Positions 40,071 to 49,761 of a DNA stretch of 64,000 bases are shown in pieces. Source of the stretch: Gammaproteobacteria bacterium (GTDB lineage: Bacteria > Pseudomonadota > Gammaproteobacteria > CAJXQU01); assembly GCA_965238175.1 (NCBI GenBank), contig CBDEGZ010000003.1, forward strand, positions 1,696,001-1,760,000. The letters run 5' to 3'. The first letter of the stretch is position 1; each line of letters opens with the position of its first letter. Made by a program: the position numbers and the translations under genes. Below the pieces are notes generated by a model. That model did not search any database, was not told the origin of the DNA, and worked only from the letters and a program-made list of their open reading frames with translations.

Positions 40071-40290
40071 AGATAGGCATTGTTTAGTACATCGAAGTCA
40101 CACATGAATGTACTGAAAACAAAATGAAAAAATTTCTCATCATAATCAGCCTTTTGATCTCCCTTATCGGGATCGTCATCTCTTTTTTTCTGGGTGATCT
40201 TTTATTTTCGATCTCTTTCATCTGGGCTTTGAATAATAGCGTCATCAATTTCTTAGAACAACTGAATAAATAAAACTGAGGACAACGAAG

Positions 40291-40494
40291 ATGAATAAAC
40301 ATGATTTAAACCGTCAGCATTCCTTAAATGAAATAGTGGATGCAATTGAGTGTCACGATGTGAATTACACCGTGGAGCAGATTGACGATTATTTTCTTTG
40401 CTCTGCGGATTTTTGGGAGAGCTTAACCCCGGTAGCTAAGGCCGAGCTGATAGAGCGCTACCCCCACCTTCGTCATGATTTCCCCGAAGAATAA
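40291..40494 (+). CDS. Small acidic hypothetical protein
   Basis: GAGG RBS; 67 aa upstream of the E2 operon. Confidence 0.45.
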   Translation: MNKHDLNRQHSLNEIVDAIECHDVNYTVEQIDDYFLCSADFWESLTPVAKAELIERYPHLRHDFPEE

Positions 40495-40576
40495 TACGCC
40501 TGTTTTTTTAACTATCTATGGTGGTTTCAACAATGACTAAAGAGATAAAACAGTTACACAATAAAAGGAGTTCACA

Positions 40577-41776
40577 ATGAACAAAAGTACAAATCCGGGT
40601 TCATCACAGAACGAGCATTTTAAACTGCGACGGGACAAGAAAAAGAGCATGGGATTTGCGTATATTTTACTCACCATTTTAGGTGTGTTCTCTCCGCTTA
40701 TGTTGGGTATTTCGCTCAGTATTCTTAGCCCCGAAACCGGCCCGCTTGCCAACTTTAAAATCCTGCTTGTTACTTGCAGTGCGGGCCTTGTGACCTACGG
40801 CGTGAATCGTTTAGGCATTGAGCGTGGTGCGCCAGCGGCGGCAATTGGTTATCACTGGACAGGGATTATCAGTGTCATTGCCATCTTACTTGCGGGTAGT
40901 GGTATGTTCATCGGTGCCCATTCCGGCTTAATCTATAAATCCGTCGAAGAGCGCGTCTTGATAGACAATGGTGCCGCCCTCAATGCCTATATCCGCCAGA
41001 TTGATCAATCCACATTGATTATAAAACGGGCTGATCCGGCACTACGGCTAGTGGCCGATGATCTGGCAAGCTACACCCTGTGTGAACAAAGACGTTCTTG
41101 TCTTAGCCAGAATGGTCAAGGCGGTTTTGGCCCGGTGGCGCTTGAGACCAAAAAACGCTCCACCCGCGCAGACGGGATTGCCAATGCCTTTGAGAAAGGC
41201 GATGTTGAGTATAAGCGCCTCTTAAAAGACATTAATCGTCTCAATCGTCGCTATCAGGAAAAGCTGACGGAAACCGATAAAAGTCTGGCAGAAAGACGCG
41301 CGACGCTACAAGGTATCCATAACGAAATCACCCAAGCAACTATGGCCTTGTCGGAAGCGGTGCCGGTGTCTTTATTTCGCACCTACACGCAAGAGTTATT
41401 GGCCGGCGTCAACATTCCCCGTCAGCGAATTGGTACGGATAACCTTAATGCCATCCTGCGTCAACACGGCGAGACGCTTTCCAACATCTTAGATGAGATT
41501 GAGGAGAATACAGCCGTGGCACCGGCTTTCCCAACCCCACCAGGCATGTTGGATACCCTCTACTATATTACCGACTTCTTCGCCTTTGCAGCGGTGATAT
41601 TTATCGCAGAATTAATACTGCCCATCACCCTCTGGGCGCTGAGCTATCAAAGCAAAGAATGGGATGTTCAACAGCGCTTAGATGCACGGCGCCGGGAAGA
41701 AGAAGTGCGTCATTCCAACAAACGTGGCAGACGTTCCCGTCAACGCGCGCTTCCGCAGTCAAAGGGGCAAGCATAA
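40577..41776 (+). CDS. Multi-TM coiled-coil hypothetical protein
   Basis: AAGGAG RBS; three N-terminal TMs, coiled coil, C-terminal TM. Confidence 0.75.
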   Translation: MNKSTNPGSSQNEHFKLRRDKKKSMGFAYILLTILGVFSPLMLGISLSILSPETGPLANFKILLVTCSAGLVTYGVNRLGIERGAPAAAIGYHWTGIISVIAILLAGSGMFIGAHSGLIYKSVEERVLIDNGAALNAYIRQIDQSTLIIKRADPALRLVADDLASYTLCEQRRSCLSQNGQGGFGPVALETKKRSTRADGIANAFEKGDVEYKRLLKDINRLNRRYQEKLTETDKSLAERRATLQGIHNEITQATMALSEAVPVSLFRTYTQELLAGVNIPRQRIGTDNLNAILRQHGETLSNILDEIEENTAVAPAFPTPPGMLDTLYYITDFFAFAAVIFIAELILPITLWALSYQSKEWDVQQRLDARRREEEVRHSNKRGRRSRQRALPQSKGQA

Positions 41777-42381
41777 TGGCACCGCAACGACCCTCGCCAC
41801 AAGCGCCACCATCCCGTCAATGGTGGCCCGCCATCTTACGCGGGACAGCACTGACGCTGGGCACAGGCTTGGTCATCGTCTTCCTCGCCAGCCTCGTGTT
41901 CTGGGATGCGAACTTCTATGTTGCCCGAGACCGATGGGAGCACTTCAAGCTAGCCTTGTTGGGTGAATGGCACAACACTGGTTGGTGTCCTTCTGGTCAA
42001 AACATACCAGGCTGCATGCCCAAAGCAGATTTGGAAGCGGCGTTTTCCAAGGTCGACAACCTGCACTTTTTTAAATTGATGCCGGTTGAGGGCACGAGCT
42101 TAACCGTCACCACCGGAGCCAACTTTGCCTCCGCGCAAGATGTGCTGGCAGGCAAAGCCGCCTCGCAATGGTGCTATATCGCCTACGGTGACAGTGCGGT
42201 TAAAACCCATCTCGATTTGGCTGAGCAATCGGGTACTGCCCCACCGCGCTACGCCACTTTATCGGACGTGAAACAAAAGGCATTGAGCAATACCGGCCTT
42301 GATGTCGCCGCGCTGCGTGTCATCGCCAAAACCCACTGCCAGTTTGGCGTCTTCAATCAACCCACAAGTAAAGGAGCATAA
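41776..42381 (+). CDS. Membrane-anchored Cys-containing hypothetical protein
   Basis: TAATG coupling at 41774-41778; one TM; four Cys. Confidence 0.7.
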   Translation: MAPQRPSPQAPPSRQWWPAILRGTALTLGTGLVIVFLASLVFWDANFYVARDRWEHFKLALLGEWHNTGWCPSGQNIPGCMPKADLEAAFSKVDNLHFFKLMPVEGTSLTVTTGANFASAQDVLAGKAASQWCYIAYGDSAVKTHLDLAEQSGTAPPRYATLSDVKQKALSNTGLDVAALRVIAKTHCQFGVFNQPTSKGA

Positions 42382-42383
42382 CC

Positions 42384-42914
42384 ATGTCATTTGAGACTTC
42401 AGCCTTACCCATTAGCGGCGGCGTCCTTGTTGCCGGATTTATTTATGCCGGTGCCAGTTTATTTATTTTAGGCCCACTGGTTGCGGAGCGCACTATCGAG
42501 GCGTCCGATTGGAGCCAGCAATGTCAGGCAGGTTTACAAGCCGAGATAGAGGCAACACGCACCCCTGAAAAAATCATTCCACAGATGGATTGTCGTTCAA
42601 CCCTTGGCTCGTTTTTGCCCGAGTTGGCAAAAATCTGTGACCAATACGGTAATCCAGATTTTGGTGGTCCTGCAAGCAGCCTGTTACGGCAGCAAGAGAA
42701 AGTGAGACGAGCTGCTGAAGAAAAGCGCCTTGCACTTACCGCCTCGCAAAGTACGTCCCGTTGTGACTGTGCTGCGAATGTTGTTGCACAGGATAGAAAC
42801 TGGGCAATCCATGCAGGGAGTTTGCGACTTATCTCGCCACCGCAAGTGACCCGCCTTTCCTCTGAACTATCCCGTGCGTTGCAGTCATCCCATTGTACAA
42901 GCAGGAGTCAATAA
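42384..42914 (+). CDS. Membrane-anchored Cys-rich hypothetical protein
   Basis: AAGGAG RBS; TM; CDC motif; counterpart of 1839-2516. Confidence 0.7.
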   Translation: MSFETSALPISGGVLVAGFIYAGASLFILGPLVAERTIEASDWSQQCQAGLQAEIEATRTPEKIIPQMDCRSTLGSFLPELAKICDQYGNPDFGGPASSLLRQQEKVRRAAEEKRLALTASQSTSRCDCAANVVAQDRNWAIHAGSLRLISPPQVTRLSSELSRALQSSHCTSRSQ

Positions 42915-42915
42915 T

Positions 42916-43296
42916 ATGCATCTTGGACATTTATACATTCATAACGGCGCGGTGATCACACACCGCGATTCTTTCATGTTGGACAGCATTTCGGTGGTGA
43001 GTGTACGCCGCCCCTATCTCGGAGGTGCGTGGCTACTGAGCTTGTCTTTATTCGGATTTGGGATTGCCTTTTTCGATTTACTGTATGGCAGCGAAGTGTT
43101 TGTACTGACCGCGATCGGTTGTGCGTTGTTGTTGGTTGGCTCTTACATAGGACAGTTGAGTTTGTTATCACGGGACTTAAAAGGCACTGAGTTGTCCAGT
43201 GCGATTTGGGGTACACCATGGTCATTAGATCTCATGAGACGAAAGATAGTGAAAGCACGTCAAGAAGCCTTGGCAGGAGAAGATCATGAAAAATAA
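42916..43296 (+). CDS. Small two-TM membrane protein
   Basis: AGGAG RBS; homolog of 2509-2928. Confidence 0.7.
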   Translation: MHLGHLYIHNGAVITHRDSFMLDSISVVSVRRPYLGGAWLLSLSLFGFGIAFFDLLYGSEVFVLTAIGCALLLVGSYIGQLSLLSRDLKGTELSSAIWGTPWSLDLMRRKIVKARQEALAGEDHEK

Positions 43297-43606
43297 TCAT
43301 AGTAATGAATTAATAAAAAGTGCCACCGGCACGATTGTCAAAATCAATCTGCATTTTTTACAAGCGGTCGTATTCGGTTTGATTGCCTGGTGGTGCTACC
43401 CCGAGAGACCCTTTGATATTGGCTGGGGATTGGTGTCGTTCATTTGTGTCTTGGTGGTACTGGCAGCTATCGCGAGTGCCATCAGAGACATGAGCAAACT
43501 TTACCAACGTGACAATACCATCAAGGCGTATTTACAACAGGGTGCACAACCCAAAACCTCCACATTAGCCAATGATGATATTCAGAAAAAAGCGGGGATG
43601 CGGTAA
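43286..43606 (+). CDS. Two-TM protein resembling a detached coupling-protein anchor
   Basis: Highly similar to 2941-3255. Confidence 0.7.
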   Translation: MKNNHSNELIKSATGTIVKINLHFLQAVVFGLIAWWCYPERPFDIGWGLVSFICVLVVLAAIASAIRDMSKLYQRDNTIKAYLQQGAQPKTSTLANDDIQKKAGMR

Positions 43607-43863
43607 TGGATAAGTCAAACAAAAATCATTCTGAAGTGTGTGCTGATGATAAACCCCTATCAGAACACAAACTCCTTCTTGCTAACCCTGCATGGGAAGA
43701 CGGCGACAAGAGTTGTTTAAATGACGATCTCTCTTTTGTGACGGATGCGATTTATTCCGCGTTGCTAGACCCTTCGCCGTATGACGGCAATCAATATTGG
43801 CGTGGTGAGCCGCGTACTCTTTTGGCTTTCCAGTTATTACAGCTTACGGATGTGGACAAATGA
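43606..43863 (+). CDS. Small protein with a segment paralogous to an internal VirD4 region
   Basis: ALLDPSPYDGNQYWRGEPRTLL versus VirD4 ALIEEPSDDAKNEYWRTEPRALI. Confidence 0.55.
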   Translation: MDKSNKNHSEVCADDKPLSEHKLLLANPAWEDGDKSCLNDDLSFVTDAIYSALLDPSPYDGNQYWRGEPRTLLAFQLLQLTDVDK

Positions 43864-45254
43864 GCCCGTCAACCAAACGCATCCTTGGACTGACCTTTGA
43901 TGGTGAGCCCATCTTCGCACCTAAACACGCTCATAGCCTGTTACTCAGTGCAGCCGGTGGCGGTAAGACCACCTGTGGCGCAATGCCCTGGTTGCAATCA
44001 CTCATTGCCGATACGGATCGTACGATTCTCGTCACCGACAGCAAAGATTGTGAAATGGCGGCACAGGCTATTGCGATGTGCCTTGAGGCGGGACGCAAAG
44101 TCGCCTACGTCGATAGTTTTGCCAGGCTAGGTAAAGACAATCCTTATCGCATTTCACCGAATCCGTTTGGTGGTGTGGTCAGTGCGTATCAAAAGAATAA
44201 TGGCGAGTTGTTGTTTGCCACCGAGAATGCCTGTCATGCTCTGATCGAAGAACCCTCTGATGATGCCAAAAATGAATATTGGCGTACTGAGCCTCGCGCC
44301 CTGATCGAATTTTGTTTGAACTCGTTGCTGGTGCGTAATATTCGGTTGGCCACACCGGGCGGTGTTTGGGCATTGCTGGCAAATCCTGAGATGCTACTTG
44401 AGGTTGCCGCTATCGAAGCGGAAGAAGGCGATGATGCCATGAAAGCACTCGCCAACCATGTGCTTGGTATGGCAAAAAACGAAGAGCACTACTCGCAACA
44501 CCGTGCCGCTGCTACCAAAGCTTTACGTATCTATGCGTCAAATTCAGCCCTGCATCAATCCGGCGTCGGTGAAGTCATAACCCATGAGAAATTGATTGAG
44601 GAGAACTACGTCGTTTTCCTCGGTGGACCTGTTAAATACATGGAACGCCTTGGGGCTGATTATGCATTGCAACTGCAAAGCTTTATGGAGGTAGTGTTAT
44701 CGGGTGAAAGTGGTCCCGTCAGTTTTATTCTGGATGAATTTACCAATGCGCCTTTAAAGGCATTGATCTCACAACTGACCACCATGCGCGGCTATGGTGG
44801 CACCTGCCACATGATAGCCCAATCCCGCTCAGAAATAGAACGCAAATACGGCAAAAAAGAAACCCTGACCATTGATGAAAACAGTGTCATTAAACAGTGG
44901 TTTGGTTTTTCATCGTTTGATGAAGCAGAAAAAGTCAGTCGTGCCATGGGTGAGACCTTGAGTGTCTCATCCAGCATTGGCGTGAACTCCGACAAGGTGG
45001 ATTTTTCCGGGAACTACAGTACCGGAAAAGAGCGGCTTTACACGCCAGACATGTTGATGAGCCTGCCACCGGATGAACAAATTCTTTATGTGAAAGGTGT
45101 AGGGTTTATTCATTGTAAAGAAATCGTTCAGAACGAAATTGCACCGAGCTGTACTTACCTGACGGATAACCCCATGGAAGGGGAACGCTTGCTACCTAAT
45201 CCGAAAGTGAGATTGCCCTTTCCCCATGAAAAAGATAAGGAGGGAAAATCATGA
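43860..45254 (+). CDS. VirD4/TraG-family coupling ATPase lacking TM anchor (near-identical to 3797-5191)
   Basis: Same motifs; central ~1.25 kb almost identical at DNA level. Confidence 0.85.
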   Translation: MSPSTKRILGLTFDGEPIFAPKHAHSLLLSAAGGGKTTCGAMPWLQSLIADTDRTILVTDSKDCEMAAQAIAMCLEAGRKVAYVDSFARLGKDNPYRISPNPFGGVVSAYQKNNGELLFATENACHALIEEPSDDAKNEYWRTEPRALIEFCLNSLLVRNIRLATPGGVWALLANPEMLLEVAAIEAEEGDDAMKALANHVLGMAKNEEHYSQHRAAATKALRIYASNSALHQSGVGEVITHEKLIEENYVVFLGGPVKYMERLGADYALQLQSFMEVVLSGESGPVSFILDEFTNAPLKALISQLTTMRGYGGTCHMIAQSRSEIERKYGKKETLTIDENSVIKQWFGFSSFDEAEKVSRAMGETLSVSSSIGVNSDKVDFSGNYSTGKERLYTPDMLMSLPPDEQILYVKGVGFIHCKEIVQNEIAPSCTYLTDNPMEGERLLPNPKVRLPFPHEKDKEGKS

Positions 45255-45517
45255 AACAAGTTCGATTTTTACGACCCAGTTATTTTATCTGGATATTGAT
45301 CTTGTTGGGCTTATGGTTGTTCACAGTGACCGCAGGTTTACCCCATTTTCGCTGGTCTTATGACTGGCGCGATGATGGGCAAAGCTACGATCCACATGCG
45401 GAACGACATTACACGCGATGTACTTATCTCGGTCCTTATGGACAGTTCACCCTACATCCAATGAATGGGCACTGTGCGTTTATCCGCTTTGAAAAGAAAG
45501 CGGCTGGAGGTGCTTAA
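45251..45517 (+). CDS. Small membrane-anchored protein with two Cys
   Basis: Homolog of 5188-5454. Confidence 0.75.
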   Translation: MKQVRFLRPSYFIWILILLGLWLFTVTAGLPHFRWSYDWRDDGQSYDPHAERHYTRCTYLGPYGQFTLHPMNGHCAFIRFEKKAAGGA

Positions 45518-45774
45518 TGCCCAGCCACCAGCCTTACCCAAGGCGTCTGTTTACGGTGTTTGAGACGGTGCTTTTGTATCAGCTCTTTTCGTGCCAGTGC
45601 CTTCAACCCAAACAGCACGGTCTCCATCGGGACAATGCTTTCTGCCATTTGTTGCTCACAATGTGCGCGATCTTGAAGTGTGAGGTCAAACGGTTTTACA
45701 GCGTACCAGAAGCCCTGATAGTCCATTGGCTCAAGCCACTGTTCAACGTCTTCTATGTCGTTAAATTGTTGCAT
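45514..45774 (-). CDS. Small conserved hypothetical protein
   Basis: Homolog of 5451-5708. Confidence 0.75.
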   Translation of the reverse strand: MQQFNDIEDVEQWLEPMDYQGFWYAVKPFDLTLQDRAHCEQQMAESIVPMETVLFGLKALARKELIQKHRLKHRKQTPWVRLVAGH

Positions 45775-45836
45775 CTTTCCACGCTAGCATTTTTGGAAGC
45801 ATCACTTCAAGAAAAATCGTTATGGAGGGATTTAAG

Positions 45837-46328
45837 ATGGGATCCAGTATTACCGAAGCATTAGAACGCACCTTTAATCTTGCTGCTTTGCGTCGTGAAG
45901 CGACCGCGTTACACACGACAACAGACTGGCAAGAACTTAAAGAGATCCGTTCTCGCTATGAACAGTAGACAGGCGTGATGAAGCAACGTCATGAGGAAGA
46001 GTATGGCACACGCGTCAACAACGTCGTGCGCCAACTGATGGATAAAGCAGCGGGTAAAAACCGTGACTTTACACATCGAGAGTTTGGGGCTGACAAGTTC
46101 GATAAAACAGCATTAACCCGTGAAGCTCATCGTCATGTCCAGTTTCAGAATCTGAAAGAAATGGATCAATTGGCAGACAACGAAATTCAAGAATTGGATG
46201 CACTGATTAAAAAAGCCCAACAACGGGACAGTTTACTCAACAAACCTACGCAGGATTTTAATCAGGCAACGGATCGGCGTGATAGCCAAGAGCGTCGTCT
46301 CAACACACCTCGGCATCGTCGCCGATAA
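45837..46328 (+). pseudogene. Homolog of 5771-6262 with an in-frame TAG at 45966-45968
   Basis: MGSSITEALERTFNLAALRR...RYEQ*TGVMKQR; frame continues to RHRRR. Confidence 0.75.
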
Positions 46329-46356
46329 TTAGTTAATCAACATAGGAGAAAAGGTT

Positions 46357-47040
46357 ATGAATCAACTCTACGACAATCAAGAACGAGATCGCGTTCTTAA
46401 AGCCCGTGAAAGTTTTTCTGGAAGATTACTCACCGACAGTCAGTTTGATGAGGCCATTGCTATTACCGGCATTATGGAGCGGGAGATCAAAAAAAGCGGT
46501 ACCTTTAAGCTAAAGCTCGGTGATTATGCCCATGCCTACGCACGTACCGAAAAGTTTGATCACGTGAAAGCCGAAACCACTATTCGTGAGTTATTCACGG
46601 CACGTTGTGGGCAGACCATGAATCAGATGCGTGAAGGCATGATGGCGCGTGAAGCAAAACTGCTAGGGCGTGAAGGCAAATCGCCTGAACAGCAGCCCGT
46701 CAAACCTCAACTCTCTGATACAGAAAAGCAACGTGCTTCTCAAGCCGCTAAGGACGTCGGTCAAATGATCCAAGAAGGCAATAAGATGGCTTTTCACCGC
46801 GCTTATGCTCATCAAGCGATAACGTTAGCACAAGATTTTAAGATCACCGAAACGGGTGCGAAAACGCTAATGAAAGAGCAGTTCAAGCAAGTTGAAAACC
46901 GAGATCTCTATACGTGGGGTAAGGAGCAGGAAGAAAAATACTATCGTCCCCAAATCAAGGCAGAGCAGGAAGCGCGTGAAGCCAAACGAGATAAACATAA
47001 TCCGGCTGAAATGAAACAGGCTCCGTCTCGTGCAAGATAA
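46357..47040 (+). CDS. Conserved hypothetical protein ending APSRAR
   Basis: Homolog of 6293-6979. Confidence 0.8.
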   Translation: MNQLYDNQERDRVLKARESFSGRLLTDSQFDEAIAITGIMEREIKKSGTFKLKLGDYAHAYARTEKFDHVKAETTIRELFTARCGQTMNQMREGMMAREAKLLGREGKSPEQQPVKPQLSDTEKQRASQAAKDVGQMIQEGNKMAFHRAYAHQAITLAQDFKITETGAKTLMKEQFKQVENRDLYTWGKEQEEKYYRPQIKAEQEAREAKRDKHNPAEMKQAPSRAR

Positions 47041-47065
47041 GGAGTAAATAAAGTCAGGCTTGATG

Positions 47066-47198
47066 TAGCGCGAAGATAATAATTTCATGATCAAAAACGC
47101 AATAATCTTACGCGCTATTTTCTTGCTGAAACTAGGAATATATGTCTATAGTGTTCTGCTTATGTTCTTGCATTGTGTGAGACAAAAAACGTAAGGAG
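47066..47198 (+). promoter_or_regulatory. Conserved hairpin plus putative promoter (copy 2)
   Basis: 47093-47198 identical to 7029-7134. Confidence 0.55.
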
Positions 47199-47223
47199 AA
47201 ACGCGAACGAAACGGAGACAAGA

Positions 47224-47532
47224 ATGAAAGAACATGAGAGAGAAACACCCAACCCATCTCTGAGGCTTGATCCGGATAAATACCGCGCCCACCTGAAGGA
47301 GATGGAACTCAATACTGAGCAGGAAAATGAACTGTTACACATTCTCTGGAACATCATGACCGCGATGGTCGATATTGGTTTTGGTGACCATTCTGTCCAG
47401 ACGGTGATGGACTCTTTGGTAAAAGATGCTTCCTCTGAGTCACCCGATACGCTACAAAAGAAGTGTAATCCCATCAAAGCTAATCAGACCGCGTTTGATA
47501 ATATCGCAAATAAGGAGAGCCACTATGAATGA
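47224..47532 (+). CDS. Small recombinase-associated protein
   Basis: Same GGAGACAAGAATGAAAGA start context as 7159; homologous core. Confidence 0.65.
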   Translation: MKEHERETPNPSLRLDPDKYRAHLKEMELNTEQENELLHILWNIMTAMVDIGFGDHSVQTVMDSLVKDASSESPDTLQKKCNPIKANQTAFDNIANKESHYE

Positions 47533-49105
47533 TGAAGACAACCAACAACACGCCGTCATTTATTGCCGTGTTTCCAGTGCTCAGCAGAAAACGCGGGGCG
47601 ATGGATTAAACTCCCAGAAAACACGCTGCCGTGAATACGCCAAATATAAGGGTTATACGGTAGAAAAAGTCTTTACCGATGATATGTCGGGAAGCGTGAC
47701 CAAACGCCCAGGTATGCAAGCGATGTTGAGTCACTTGCGAAAATGCAAGCATCCGCGTGTGGTGCTCATTGATGATATTTCAAGGCTGGCACGGGGCATC
47801 GAAGCACATCTACAACTGCGAAGTGCCATTTCAAATACGGGTGCGACGCTAGAATCACCTTCGATTGAGTTTGGGGAAGACTCTGACTCTATCCTTGTTG
47901 AAAACATGCTCGCCAGTGTGTCACAACATCAACGACAAAAGAACTCAGAGCAGACGCTTAATCGTATGAAAGCACGATTGAGTAATGGTTACTGGGTTTT
48001 TCAAGCACCCATTGGTTACCGCTATGAAAAGGCAGGGCAGGGCAAAAAACTGGTACGGGATGAGCCTGTGGCCACCATCATACAAGAAGCTTTGGAAGGT
48101 TACGCCAATGGACGCTTTCAAATACAGGCAGAAGTGAAACGCTTTCTTGAAAGCTTTCCTGAATATCCCCGAGACAATCTGGGTGAAGTACGCAATCAAC
48201 GGGTTACACAGTTACTGACACGTGTGATGTATGCAGGCTATGTCGAGAATGAGGATTGGTCTATCAGTTTGCGTAAAGGGCAGCATGACCCTCTGATTAG
48301 TTTTGAGACCTATCAGAAAAACCAAACACGGTTAAACAGTGCGGCGAGAGTGCCAGCCCGTAAAAACCTGAATGTGGATTTTCCACTACGCGGCTTTGTG
48401 ACCTGCGGTGATTGCGATCACCCGCTGACCGCTTGCTGGTCAAAAGGAAAGAGCAAGAAATATCCTTATTATCTCTGTCATCACCGTGGCTGTGACAGCT
48501 ACCGTAAGTCTATTCCTCGTGATGAGGTTGAAGGGGAGTTTGATGAATTGGTTAAAAGTTTACGACCGACTGAAAGTCTATTTGGGGTGGCGAAAGTAAT
48601 CTTAAGTGATCTATGGGAGCACCGTCTTAAAAGCGTTGTTTCAAGAACACAGTCGATTAAAAAAGAACTCAAAAAAATTGAGAAACAAACAGAGCAGTTC
48701 CTTGACCGCATTGTGGATTCCAATAGCTCGACGGTAGTAACTGCCTATGAGGAACGCATTACTAGACTGGAGAAAAGAAAGATGGTTATCGAAGAAAAAC
48801 TACAACATAGTGGCAAATCCAAACATACCTTTGACGAAATGTTCGAACACGCCATGCAATTCCTCTCAAACCCTTGGAAACTATGGGCTTCTGACCGTCT
48901 AGAACTCAAACATACGGTGCTAAAACTCGCCTTTGCAGACCGATTGGCGTATTACCGAAATAAGGGTTTTCGAACACCCGAAAACACCTTACCTTTCAAG
49001 GCTTTAAGGGGTTTTTGTGGGAGTGAAAACAAAGTGGCGCGCCCTGAAGGATTCGAACCTCCGACCACCTGGTTCGAAGCTCGACCTTCTATTGTAACCT
49101 ATTGA
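47525..49105 (+). CDS. Large serine recombinase
   Basis: YCRVSS, DDISRLARG, CGDC...YYLC; AAGGAG RBS before ATG 47525. Confidence 0.92.
   Translation: MNDEDNQQHAVIYCRVSSAQQKTRGDGLNSQKTRCREYAKYKGYTVEKVFTDDMSGSVTKRPGMQAMLSHLRKCKHPRVVLIDDISRLARGIEAHLQLRSAISNTGATLESPSIEFGEDSDSILVENMLASVSQHQRQKNSEQTLNRMKARLSNGYWVFQAPIGYRYEKAGQGKKLVRDEPVATIIQEALEGYANGRFQIQAEVKRFLESFPEYPRDNLGEVRNQRVTQLLTRVMYAGYVENEDWSISLRKGQHDPLISFETYQKNQTRLNSAARVPARKNLNVDFPLRGFVTCGDCDHPLTACWSKGKSKKYPYYLCHHRGCDSYRKSIPRDEVEGEFDELVKSLRPTESLFGVAKVILSDLWEHRLKSVVSRTQSIKKELKKIEKQTEQFLDRIVDSNSSTVVTAYEERITRLEKRKMVIEEKLQHSGKSKHTFDEMFEHAMQFLSNPWKLWASDRLELKHTVLKLAFADRLAYYRNKGFRTPENTLPFKALRGFCGSENKVARPEGFEPPTTWFEARPSIVTY
49035..49080 (-). tRNA. 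3' half of tRNA-Arg(TCG) (att-site remnant, not a full tRNA)
   Basis: GCTTCGAACCAGGTGGTCGGAGGTTCGAATCCTTCAGGGCGCGCCA; 5' anticodon stem and D arm absent. Confidence 0.85.
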
Positions 49106-49269
49106 TATTATTAAACCTAAAAGACGGCGTTCGTTGCTGATTTTGTCGGACAAGGTACTACAAAGTTGTACTGTTGTTGGAAATCTGTCGGAAATAACTG
49201 TTTGTTTTTGTCACGTCTTATACCTATAGAAAAACTTTTAATTCCATGAAGGTTTTTAGTTTCATCTTC

Positions 49270-49613
49270 ACCAGGTCCTGAAAGCGGTTACTTTTCATTC
49301 TGACCAGGGGGCCAGTACACCAGCAAACGGTTTTTACTTCAGTTAGATACTTATCGAATGACACAAAGCATGAGCCGCCGCAGCAATTGCTGGGATAATG
49401 CACCGATGAAACGCTTCTTCAGGAGTTACAAATCGGAGTGGATGCCAGAGTACGGCTATATCAACTTTGACCACGCACAAAAATATATTGCTGATTATAT
49501 GAGTTACTACAACTAAGAACGAGGACACAGTTATAAGCAGTACTTGGCGCCTGCTTTAGCTGAGGTCGCATAAATCGGCGCAGCTTTGGGTACGGAAAAA
49601 CTTGACTACTACA
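49270..49613 (+). pseudogene. IS3-family transposase 3' remnant with right end
   Basis: Degenerate FHSDQG.QYTS, SRR.NCWDNAPM..FF..KSEW with stops and frameshifts; ends ...TTGACTACTACA. Confidence 0.8.
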
Positions 49614-49761
49614 AAGCTGAATCAACCTAGAACATATATTTCTTACATGTTACAGGAGAAAACTTATGTCAGGTTACCTCTTTCATTTTATTGCGAAAAA
49701 TAATTTCCAACTTCTCTTATACAAATTTTAGATTAAATACCCATTAGGAAAGAGCAATAGC

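Larger units (their letters stand above)
39567..49034 (+). mobile_element. Integrative element E2, paralog of E1; left boundary uncertain (may extend to 36188)
   Basis: Same gene order as E1; ends in a serine recombinase abutting the tRNA-Arg 3' half. Confidence 0.75.

Noticed and set aside
45966-45968. Pyrrolysine or programmed amber readthrough
   Set aside because: No pyl genes are visible and the paralog has GAG; a simple nonsense change is more parsimonious.
49035-49080. Functional tRNA gene
   Set aside because: The 5' acceptor strand, D arm and 5' anticodon stem are missing.
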